Of a DNA stretch of 64,000 bases, positions 1 through 9,000 are shown piece after piece. The notes under the pieces were generated by a model that worked only from the letters and a program-made list of their open reading frames with translations, made no database searches and was not told the origin of the DNA. Position 1 is the first letter of the stretch. Every line of letters begins with the position of its first letter. Position numbers and translations under genes: made by a program. The DNA is taken from the NCBI GenBank assembly GCA_035291665.1, contig DATDRP010000003.1:20549-84548 (forward strand). The letters are read 5' to 3'. The DNA is from Patescibacteria group bacterium. Its GTDB lineage: Bacteria > Patescibacteriota > Microgenomatia > UBA8517.

Positions 1-543
1 TATTCGGCATCGGTAGACTTTGACGGAGGCGATGATTACGGCGCAACAAGTAATGCTTCAATAATAGCCTCTAATACTTCCACATATACAAACTTATCAT
101 TCGGCGGTTGGTTCAAGCCAGCAACGTCCCCGACTTCCGACACCTTTATTATGAAAGGTAATGGAAATACGACAAATGAATTCAGACTGACAACGGATGC
201 CAGCGCGTATCCGCAATGTGAGATCTATTACTCTGCTGCCTGGCATGTTATTGCAAAAAAGACAACTGCCCTTGCATCGTCCGCATGGACTCACCTACTT
301 TGTACGTATGACGGTACAAATGGAAGACTGTATATAAATGGTATCCAGGCTGATTATAAGGCTGATACCAATTCTGTTACTTCTTCATCCTCAAGTCCGT
401 TAACTCTTGCATCCGACCCGAATAATGGTTCACGGACAGGTTTCTTTGACGGCCAGATCGACGAGGTTAAGATCTGGAATTACGCTCTGTCGGCTCAACA
501 AGTCAGGACTGATTACAACCGCAACTCAGCCGTTAAGTTCTAA
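1..543 (+). CDS. LamG/concanavalin A-like domain protein, C-terminal part (starts before the window)
   Basis: Frame open from base 1 (YSASVDFDGGDDY...SFGGWFK...WTHLLCTYDG...LYING...FFDGQIDEVKIWNYALS), typical LamG-3 motifs. Confidence 0.85.
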   Translation, partial: YSASVDFDGGDDYGATSNASIIASNTSTYTNLSFGGWFKPATSPTSDTFIMKGNGNTTNEFRLTTDASAYPQCEIYYSAAWHVIAKKTTALASSAWTHLLCTYDGTNGRLYINGIQADYKADTNSVTSSSSSPLTLASDPNNGSRTGFFDGQIDEVKIWNYALSAQQVRTDYNRNSAVKF

Positions 544-593
544 CTTTAGTGTCAGATTATCACGGATGGCAAACTGATATACACTGATAAGAT

Positions 594-3500
594 ATGAAAT
601 TTAATATAAAAGATAAAAAGACAGGTTTAATGGTTTCTCTGATCGCAGCGGCTGTAGTTATTCTCGTAATTTCGTTTATTGTGGTAAAGGGACCAAAAAA
701 GAATGAAGAAATTACATTTGAAAATACTGGGAATAAAACACTTGTCATAAACATCGACAAAAACCAATATCTTCCTGGTGAAGAGGTCTATATCCAAATG
801 GCTTCTCTTGACGATCAGGGAAACACTCTTTGCAACAGCAAGCTCGAAATAGTTATAACCAACAACCTACAACCTACCCCCTACAACCTACCCCCTACAA
901 CCTACAACCTGTCTGTATTCCCCTCTACGACCTGTAGTCCTGACAATAACGTTACCAATAGTCCTGATTATTATGCTTATTTCATTCCCAAAGATATTGG
1001 AATTTATAAGATAACACTCAAAAACATTGACACTGGCAACACTGTAAAAACTGAATTTGAAGTGAGAGATAATCCGCCGGATCTGTCCGTCACTCGTTGG
1101 AGTGCAACCCGTATCAATCCTTCCAAATCCAGCCGTTATCCGATGGTGATAACTGTAACAGCAAACGAGGACTTCATAGGTACAATATCCGATACAATTC
1201 CTGAATCATACAGCTTTGCTTGGACAGGACCGGGAAAAGTTGAAGGGAACTCAATCACTTGGGAAGCGAAATTAAAAAAAGGCGAAAAAACCGAACTTAA
1301 ATATGAATACATACCCGAAAAAGTAAGCCCAAAATTATTTACAATCGGCCCGATTATTACCAGTAAACCACAAAACATTACTAACAACTTACAACTTACA
1401 ACCTACAACTCGACATGGTATATCGCATCTGACTCCGTTATAACCAGCAAAACCACCGGTGGTGATTGGAACGTCGGAGGCTCATGGGTTGGTGAAGTTG
1501 CACCTGGGACGGGAGATTCGGCGGTGATTGCTACAACCGGCGCAAGTACCATCGTTTTAACAAGCAGTCCGACTGTTTTGGCATTAACTATTAATAGTGG
1601 TTCTATTCTCACCAATAATTCCACCGCTCAAACTCTCACACTGACCACCACTTCTGTAACACCTCTTACCAACAGTGGAACATTTACACCGAGCACATAT
1701 ATAACAATTGTTGTCAACGGAGCCGCCGCCATAAACCCAGTACTTTCTGGGACTTGGACCGGCAGTAGTTCTTTTTATAACCTGGAATTCAGACCGGCTC
1801 TCGGAACAACAGCCAGAACTTACACGATGGGTACCGCTTTTACGGTTAACGGAAACATGATCCTTTATCCCACCACAAGCTCAGAAAGAGCTCTTACTGT
1901 TACCCTGAGCGGTACATCGACTGTGGTCGGAACAACCACGCTCAACGGTACCGGATGTAATGACGCCGGAGATAGCACTTCCGGCTCTTCAGTTCTTAAT
2001 ACCAACGCGCAAACTTTTTCTTCCGGAAAAATCGATATCAAAGAAAACGCTGAATTTTGTATACTTACAGGAAGCGCTGCTACAATTACCTTAACAGGCA
2101 CTTCCGGGACACTTTTAACTAATCCAAATGCCGGTTCTTTTACACAATCCACTTCTACCATCAATGTTACAAGCACCTCCGGCCCGGTACAGTTATTTTC
2201 AGCTGCTGAAACTATCTATAACCTAACCATCAATTCCTCCTCGGCAACCACTGTTGTCAACTCAGGTGCAACACCGACATTTGCATCCAGCGGTGCTTTG
2301 ACTATTACTTCAGGAGTTTTGAATTTTGATACAGGAGTAACAGGTCCGGGAAACAGTACCCTAACAATCGGAGCTTCTGGAACACTGTGTCTGGGTGGAA
2401 CTGCCGCTGCAACAAACACCAGTGTAACCTGCAATACCGGAGCCACCTCAACTTCTGCGATCCTAATGCCATCTTTTACAACTTACACTTTTGACGCATC
2501 ATCAACTGTTATTTTTCTTTCAGATATTGACCTAACCGCAGCAAATGTAATTTCCCGGATAGCCGGTAATAGCTACGGCAATCTCTATCTTTATCCTACA
2601 TTTGTCACAACATCGCGCGCATATACTTTTGAAACAGGAACTTTAAGTATTGCCGGTAACTTTACGATTAATCCAAACGAATCGGGCGCGGGTTCTCCTG
2701 TTCTAACAGTAAACTTGGGCGGAACAACCACCATTGCAGCTGGAAAAACTACCACAATTACTGCAACAAACAGTGCCGCCTCCAACTTAAACCAAGCCGC
2801 CAATACCAACACACTTTCTTCAGGGAAAATAGATATTGCTACAAAGGGAACACTCACTGCTATTACAACAGGCACTATTACTCTCACCGCCACATCAGGT
2901 ACCCTTTTTACCCGTGATACAAGCGGCTCTCCAGGAACTTTTACACAAGCTTCTTCAACTATTTCTGTAACCTCAGCCTCAGGTCCGGTACAACTGTTCT
3001 CTTCCACTAATACTATATATAGTTTGACAATTAATTCAGCTGCGGCAACTACTGTTGTCAACTCAGGTGCAACACCGACATTTGCATCCGGCGGAGCTCT
3101 GACTGTCACATCAGGAGTTTTGAATTTTGATACAGGAGTGACAGGTCCGGGAAACAGTACTCTTACAATCGGAGCTTCTGGAACGATGTGTCTGGGTGGA
3201 ACTTTGGCTGCAACAAACACCAGTGTAACCTGCAATACCGGAGCAACATCAACAACAGCTATCCCAATGCCATCATTCACAACATATACATTTGATGCAG
3301 CTTCAAAAGTAATTTATCTATCGGATGCAGATCTCACCGCAGGTAACGTAATCTCAAGATTGGCTGGTGGAAGCTACGGCAATCTCTACCTCTATCCAAC
3401 ATTTGTCACAACATCCCGCTCCTACACTCTCGAAACCGGAACTGTCGGCATAGCCGGAGATTTAATTATTAACCCTGATGAATCGGGTGCGGGTTCTCCA

Positions 3501-5537
3501 GTTCTAACAGTAAACTTGGGTGGAACAACCACCATCGCAGCCGGAAAAACTACCACAATTACTGCAACACACAGTGCTTCATCCATACTTGATGTCAATC
3601 CCGGTTCCAGTTATGACTTCTCAACAGGACTCTTGGTAACCGGTACCGGAGGTACATTAGACGCAACCAGTGCTTCCTCAACAATCACATTAACAGGAAC
3701 ATCAGGTACGCTATTTTCAAATAGCGGAACTTTTACAATAACCAGCGGAACTCCGACCGTATCAGTTACCGGAGGGACCGGAACAACCTTAAACTCAGGA
3801 ACGATCACTTTTTATAATTTAACAATCTCACCATCAGGAACAAGTACAATCAATGCTTTTACAGACGATTTAACGGTCACAAATACCTTAAATGTCGCCA
3901 CTGGCGACACATTTTCCCTACCTTCAGGTCAAGATCTGACTCATTCCGGTGCAACTCTGACCTTAGACGGAACAATTTCAGGGTCCGGCAGGTACATTTA
4001 CCAAAGCGCTACTGCTTTTCCGGCAACCGGAGTTATAAGTTCCGTTCTTCGTATGGACTCAACCAACAATGACCAAACTATGTCAGGGACACAAACGTAC
4101 GGAGGTAATGTTGAAATCTATAACAACTCAACTTCTGCCCGAGTCATTACATTAGGTACAGCCGGAAGCCAAACTCTGACTTACAGCGGCGATGTCACTT
4201 TAAATGCGGCAAATAGCGGAAGCGTCAGCTTAACTGCTTCAGCTACCTATAATCCGGCCGTAACAATATCAACCGGAAATCTCGCGGGCACTGCTGGAAA
4301 CGGAACTGAAAATATTACAACCGGGACTGGAACCTGGATCGTGGGTGGAAGCGTTGATCTGACAAATGTCGGAACATTCACGGCTACAGGTGGGACTTTC
4401 CAAATGAACGGTGCGAGTAAAACTTTGACTTCCTCGGGTAAGTCTTTTAACAATTATTCCGTAACGGGCGGATCCGTCCAGTTTGCCGATACAACCGATA
4501 TCGACGCCGATCTTGCTATAACATCAGGAACTTTGGATTTGAACGGACAAACAATTACAATTGGAGGCAGTTTTGATAATGACGCTGCAATGTCCCACAA
4601 CAATGCTTCTGTTACTTTCAATGCCGCATCCGGAGCCAAAACTATCGATGCCGACGGAACGGGGGCCGATGCTTTTTACGATATAACTTTTGACCAGGGA
4701 ACATCTGCTTCATGGCAGATAACCGGAGCGCTTGATGCTGACCATAATTTTACGATTACCGACGGGACTGTTGACGCCAATGCTCTCGCTATCAATGTCG
4801 GAAACAATTGGGCCAACAGTGGAGGAACCTTTACTTCAAATTCAAATGTCGTTACGATGGATGCGCAGGATGCCGGTAATACTTTAACCGGTACAATGAC
4901 GGGGACCTCGTCTTTCTATGATCTGGTTTTCAACGACGGAGGTAGTTCCGGCGCTTGGTCTTTCGCCGCCAATTCTGCAACAATTACTCATGATTTTACT
5001 ATAACAGCTGGAGTTGTTACTGCTCCTTCTACAACTCTCACCATTGGTGAAGATTTCAGGAATAATGAAGCAACAGGGTCTTTTGTTAATAACTCCGGAA
5101 CGGTAACTTTTAATACAACTAACCCATCCTATCTTTTATATGCAGCCACAACCACCTTTTACCATCTTATTATTTCAACAGCAACCAAGCAGGTATATTT
5201 TGAAGATACCGACGGAGTCGTCACCGATATCAATGGCAGTCTTACGATACAAGGAACTGATTGTGATATTAATCGGGTTTTCTTAAACTCGAATCTGGAT
5301 GATGAGGATTGGGAAATTGATGCCACTGATGCGGGTTTCGGCAATGTTGATATAGATTATGCCGACGTTGAAGACTCAACAGCCAACGGAGATCAGATAA
5401 CGGCCAATAATTCGACTGCAGACAATTTGGGAAACACAAATTGGAGTATCGTTGCCGGTGCATGCAATCCGGTGACTCCCAATCAACCGAATGTTCGTGG
5501 TAATCTTAAAATTAAAGGAGGGGTAAGGATTCTCTGA
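594..5537 (+). CDS. Giant Ser/Thr/Gly-rich surface protein (N-terminal TM anchor, Ig/MG2-like region, long beta-helix-like repeats)
   Basis: 1647 aa ORF; N-terminal hydrophobic helix; DKNQYLPGEEV MG2-like motif; recurring FYNL/YGNL beta-solenoid repeats. Confidence 0.75.
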   Translation: MKFNIKDKKTGLMVSLIAAAVVILVISFIVVKGPKKNEEITFENTGNKTLVINIDKNQYLPGEEVYIQMASLDDQGNTLCNSKLEIVITNNLQPTPYNLPPTTYNLSVFPSTTCSPDNNVTNSPDYYAYFIPKDIGIYKITLKNIDTGNTVKTEFEVRDNPPDLSVTRWSATRINPSKSSRYPMVITVTANEDFIGTISDTIPESYSFAWTGPGKVEGNSITWEAKLKKGEKTELKYEYIPEKVSPKLFTIGPIITSKPQNITNNLQLTTYNSTWYIASDSVITSKTTGGDWNVGGSWVGEVAPGTGDSAVIATTGASTIVLTSSPTVLALTINSGSILTNNSTAQTLTLTTTSVTPLTNSGTFTPSTYITIVVNGAAAINPVLSGTWTGSSSFYNLEFRPALGTTARTYTMGTAFTVNGNMILYPTTSSERALTVTLSGTSTVVGTTTLNGTGCNDAGDSTSGSSVLNTNAQTFSSGKIDIKENAEFCILTGSAATITLTGTSGTLLTNPNAGSFTQSTSTINVTSTSGPVQLFSAAETIYNLTINSSSATTVVNSGATPTFASSGALTITSGVLNFDTGVTGPGNSTLTIGASGTLCLGGTAAATNTSVTCNTGATSTSAILMPSFTTYTFDASSTVIFLSDIDLTAANVISRIAGNSYGNLYLYPTFVTTSRAYTFETGTLSIAGNFTINPNESGAGSPVLTVNLGGTTTIAAGKTTTITATNSAASNLNQAANTNTLSSGKIDIATKGTLTAITTGTITLTATSGTLFTRDTSGSPGTFTQASSTISVTSASGPVQLFSSTNTIYSLTINSAAATTVVNSGATPTFASGGALTVTSGVLNFDTGVTGPGNSTLTIGASGTMCLGGTLAATNTSVTCNTGATSTTAIPMPSFTTYTFDAASKVIYLSDADLTAGNVISRLAGGSYGNLYLYPTFVTTSRSYTLETGTVGIAGDLIINPDESGAGSPVLTVNLGGTTTIAAGKTTTITATHSASSILDVNPGSSYDFSTGLLVTGTGGTLDATSASSTITLTGTSGTLFSNSGTFTITSGTPTVSVTGGTGTTLNSGTITFYNLTISPSGTSTINAFTDDLTVTNTLNVATGDTFSLPSGQDLTHSGATLTLDGTISGSGRYIYQSATAFPATGVISSVLRMDSTNNDQTMSGTQTYGGNVEIYNNSTSARVITLGTAGSQTLTYSGDVTLNAANSGSVSLTASATYNPAVTISTGNLAGTAGNGTENITTGTGTWIVGGSVDLTNVGTFTATGGTFQMNGASKTLTSSGKSFNNYSVTGGSVQFADTTDIDADLAITSGTLDLNGQTITIGGSFDNDAAMSHNNASVTFNAASGAKTIDADGTGADAFYDITFDQGTSASWQITGALDADHNFTITDGTVDANALAINVGNNWANSGGTFTSNSNVVTMDAQDAGNTLTGTMTGTSSFYDLVFNDGGSSGAWSFAANSATITHDFTITAGVVTAPSTTLTIGEDFRNNEATGSFVNNSGTVTFNTTNPSYLLYAATTTFYHLIISTATKQVYFEDTDGVVTDINGSLTIQGTDCDINRVFLNSNLDDEDWEIDATDAGFGNVDIDYADVEDSTANGDQITANNSTADNLGNTNWSIVAGACNPVTPNQPNVRGNLKIKGGVRIL
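860..910 (+). repeat. In-frame CTACAAC-type heptamer array inside CDS
   Basis: aacaacctacaacctaccccctacaacctaccccctacaacctacaacct encodes NNLQPTPYNLPPTTYNL; reverse complement matches intergenic ttgtagg arrays; second copy at 1381-1410. Confidence 0.85.
2130..3569 (+). repeat. Internal tandem duplication, 801-nt period (about 2130-2768 and 2931-3569)
   Basis: ctgttgtcaactcaggtgcaacaccgacatttgcatcc at 2251 and 3052; near-identical protein repeats. Confidence 0.9.
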
Positions 5538-5625
5538 TTTTGTAATAAAATGAAAAATTAATGATAATTCAAAACTTAAAATATGATTTACACAGATAAA
5601 AAGCGGATTAACACGGATAATTATA

Positions 5626-6078
5626 AATTGACCTAATTACCTAATTGATCTAAATAATGAACCAGGCACCAAGTAAAAACAAATACAACCTGGAGGAAAG
5701 AACAGCCAAGTTCGGTGAGATGATAATCGAACTTTGTAAAAAGATACCTAAAAATGTCATTACTATTCCGATCATTAATCAATTAATCAAGTGTGCAACT
5801 AGTATTGGAGCGAATTACTGTGAAGCTGATGACGCGGAAAGCAAGAAAGATTTCAAACATAAGATCGGTATCTGTAAAAAGGAATCCAGAGAATCCAAAT
5901 TCTTTTTAAGGATGCTGGCAAAAGCAGTTCCTGAATTTAAAGAAGAGATCAAGTCACTCTGGCAAGAAGCAAAAGAAATCAATCTGATATTTAATTCGAT
6001 TTATAAAAAGGTTTAGTCATTGTATATTGGAGTTTGGGGTTTGTTTTGAAATTAGGTCAATTAGGTTAATTAGAAATT
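5626..6078. repeat. Inverted repeat arms around four-helix-bundle gene 1
   Basis: aattgacctaatt (5626-5638) is the exact reverse complement of aattaggtcaatt (6050-6062); both lie in degenerate 8-9-nt tandem arrays. Confidence 0.85.
5657..6016 (+). CDS. Four-helix-bundle protein (23S rRNA IVP / Avd-like family)
   Basis: LEERT..F...I..QL.KCATSIGANYCEA....SKKDFKHKIGICKKESRES motif pattern. Confidence 0.9.
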   Translation: MNQAPSKNKYNLEERTAKFGEMIIELCKKIPKNVITIPIINQLIKCATSIGANYCEADDAESKKDFKHKIGICKKESRESKFFLRMLAKAVPEFKEEIKSLWQEAKEINLIFNSIYKKV

Positions 6079-6087
6079 CACAAAGGT

Positions 6088-9000
6088 ATGATAAAAAGAA
6101 TATTTAATGGTATAAGAAGAGGACGAAGAACAAGATTAATTCTTGCTGGTTTACTAATTTTCATCGTTCTTCCCTTTGCAATTAATACCCTACTGAATAT
6201 CAATTCTCAAGGAGTACGGGCTGATACATTCCTCAAATTTGATGAAGGGTATGGGACAAGCTCAGCAGTTAACGACAGTAATGGTGCTGTTTCAGCCGGT
6301 TCAATAACGGGCGGCACCTGGAAAACGGAAGATCTTTGTTTTGACGGGAAGTGTCTTTACTTTGACGGTAACGGGGATTTTGTCTCTTTTGCCGATGATG
6401 CTGATCTTGATTTTGCCGGTTCCGATTCCTTCTCCCTCATGGGTTGGTTCAGACATGCTCCTTTTACACCCTCCGTTGATATCGACCACGAAACCGGAGA
6501 CACCAGCCAATATACTTCCCTCACCGACCCCGATAGTGATCTTTCCGTTACCGCCGCAGCTGCCCAAAACGGCACCAATTACGGCCTGGCAGTCCAGATC
6601 GATGACACGACGGCTACTTACGGTAGAAAAGACATTACCGCCAACACCAGCGGAATCGCCAGGTATAGTTTCTATTTCGATATCAATAATTTAACAATGT
6701 CAGAGGCTGGTGATGAATTTACGTTTGCAAATATATACAATAGCGGTGTAAACTCTACTTCCTTTGTAAATGTCAAACGATTTTCCGGAGTTTACACACT
6801 TCGAGCTGCTATAGTAGATGATGCCGGTGCTGCCTCTTACACGAGCTACTACACTATTACAGATGCACCCCATTATGTTGAAGTCGAATTAAAGCGGGCT
6901 TCAACTGTTTCATCCAGTGACGGTACTGTGCAATTATGGATCGACGGGGTTGCCCAAGAAACCAAGACCGGCGTAGACAATTACGACCGGTTTAACGATT
7001 TTTGGTCAGTCCGCCTGGGAGCAGTTAGCAGTATAGACGCCGGTACCTCCGGCACCTTTTATGTTGATGAGCTGGAAATATTCACCGGCACACCGCAGGC
7101 AATTCTCGCTAAATACGAAGCTACCGAAGTTGAAGGTGGCTACAAGGTATATCTTGAAAACAACGGTCGGTTGGACTGCGGGATCGACAATGAAAACACT
7201 TACTTCCCCTCGGATTCTGCCTCTACCAACTCCTCCAACTACGATGACAACCGCTGGCATCACTTCGCCTGTGTCAAAAACGGTACCACTTCCTTAACTT
7301 TGTATTCTGACGGAAACCGGGTCGGATTGGACGATTCCATTACCTCATCCACTCTGGAAAATAACAATCTTTTTTATATCGGAATAGACGGCGACGGCGC
7401 AGCCAATGATTACCAGGGTTTTATTGATGAAGTTAAAATTTATAGAAGTGCCAAAACCGCGACTGAAGTCAAAGGCGATTATGTCAAAGGCTCAACTCTC
7501 GGAGAAACCTCCGCATCATTTCTTAAAGACCAATCCCCTCTTTCCGACGGCCTGGTAGGATATTGGAAAATGGATGAAGCTTCAGGTGATGCCGCTGATT
7601 CATCCGGAAATGGAGTTACCTTAACTAATCAAAGTACCGTTTCATACGTAGGAGGAAAATTCGGAAATAGTATTGATCTTGTTCCCGCTTCGACAGATTA
7701 TTTCTCAACTGCGACAGACATAAACGGCATCCAGTCCATTTCCTTTTGGGTATATCCCGATGATGTAACGGCCAATTACTTTATCAGTTATTCCGACACA
7801 GTCTATATCAGCGTTTCCTCCGGAACATTAGCCGCCAACGGCTTTACCGGCACTTTTTATGTCAATGGTAAAGCTTCTACTACTCTGGCTGTCTCAACCT
7901 GGCAATTAGTTACTGTCACATTCGCTTCTATAAATGCCGCAGATACGTACGTTGGTCGTGTAGGTACTACTGCAAATTATATGGATGGAAGAATCGATGA
8001 AGTCCGCTTCTATACCCGGGCACTCTCCCCCGGTGAAATCACCAATCTATACAATTGGGCTCCGGGACCTATAGCTGAATTGAAATTTGATGAAGGAACG
8101 GGAGAAACTCTCTATGATTCTTCGGGCAATGGTTATTCTGCAAGCGCCATAAACGGAAATACCTGGGTCCAGGGAAAATACAGCAAAGGTATATGGTTTG
8201 ACGGATCTGCCGATTATATAAACGTTTCAACCGGTTTTGGAACATTTTCTCCATCCGGAGCTACTTCCATCTCTGCCTGGGTAAATTCAGAGGTTACCGA
8301 TTCTGCAAGACATATGATCTTATCTCTTACCGGTACTAATACCATTTTTGTAATGAATATCGAAGAAAACAATAACCGCTGGCTTGCCCAATCTGGAAAA
8401 GCCGGGGTTGGCGGTGATGATTGCAGTGGTACCGATGTAATCACCAATGGAACTTGGTATCACGTAACCGGTGTTTTTGCAGACAATAAGATCAAGCTTT
8501 ATGTCAATGGAAGTTTGGTAAACACCTGCGATTATAATTTCTCTCTATCTGCTTCAGACAGCACTAATACCTGGCATATCGGCAATTACGAAGAAAACAG
8601 CAGTCTCTATTACTACTGGAAAGGTATCATCGACAATCCTAAAGTTTATAACTACGCCCGGACGCAAGCGCAAATCATCGAAGACATGAATGCCGGCCAT
8701 CCGGCACCGGGATCCCCGATAGGTTCTTCTGTTGCCCACTGGAAGTTTGATGAGGGCGGATTGGATATGTGCTCAGGACTGACCAACGATTTCTGCGATT
8801 CATCCCTCAACGCAAATGATCTGGCATTTTCTACCACCACCGGTGGATTTACCAATTCCGGTAAATTCGGCAGAGCCTTTAACGGTGACGGGGCAGTCTG
8901 GGCTTCCCGAGCCGATGACTCTGACTTTGACGTTGGTACCGACAGTTTTACCATTTCCTTTTGGATGAAATCCGATAATTCCGGAGGCAGTGGCACCCAA

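Noticed and set aside
6088-6180. Tat signal in the LamG protein (IRRGRRTRLIL)
   Set aside because: Arg pairs lack the x-F-L-K context and read equally well as a basic Sec n-region; left unassigned
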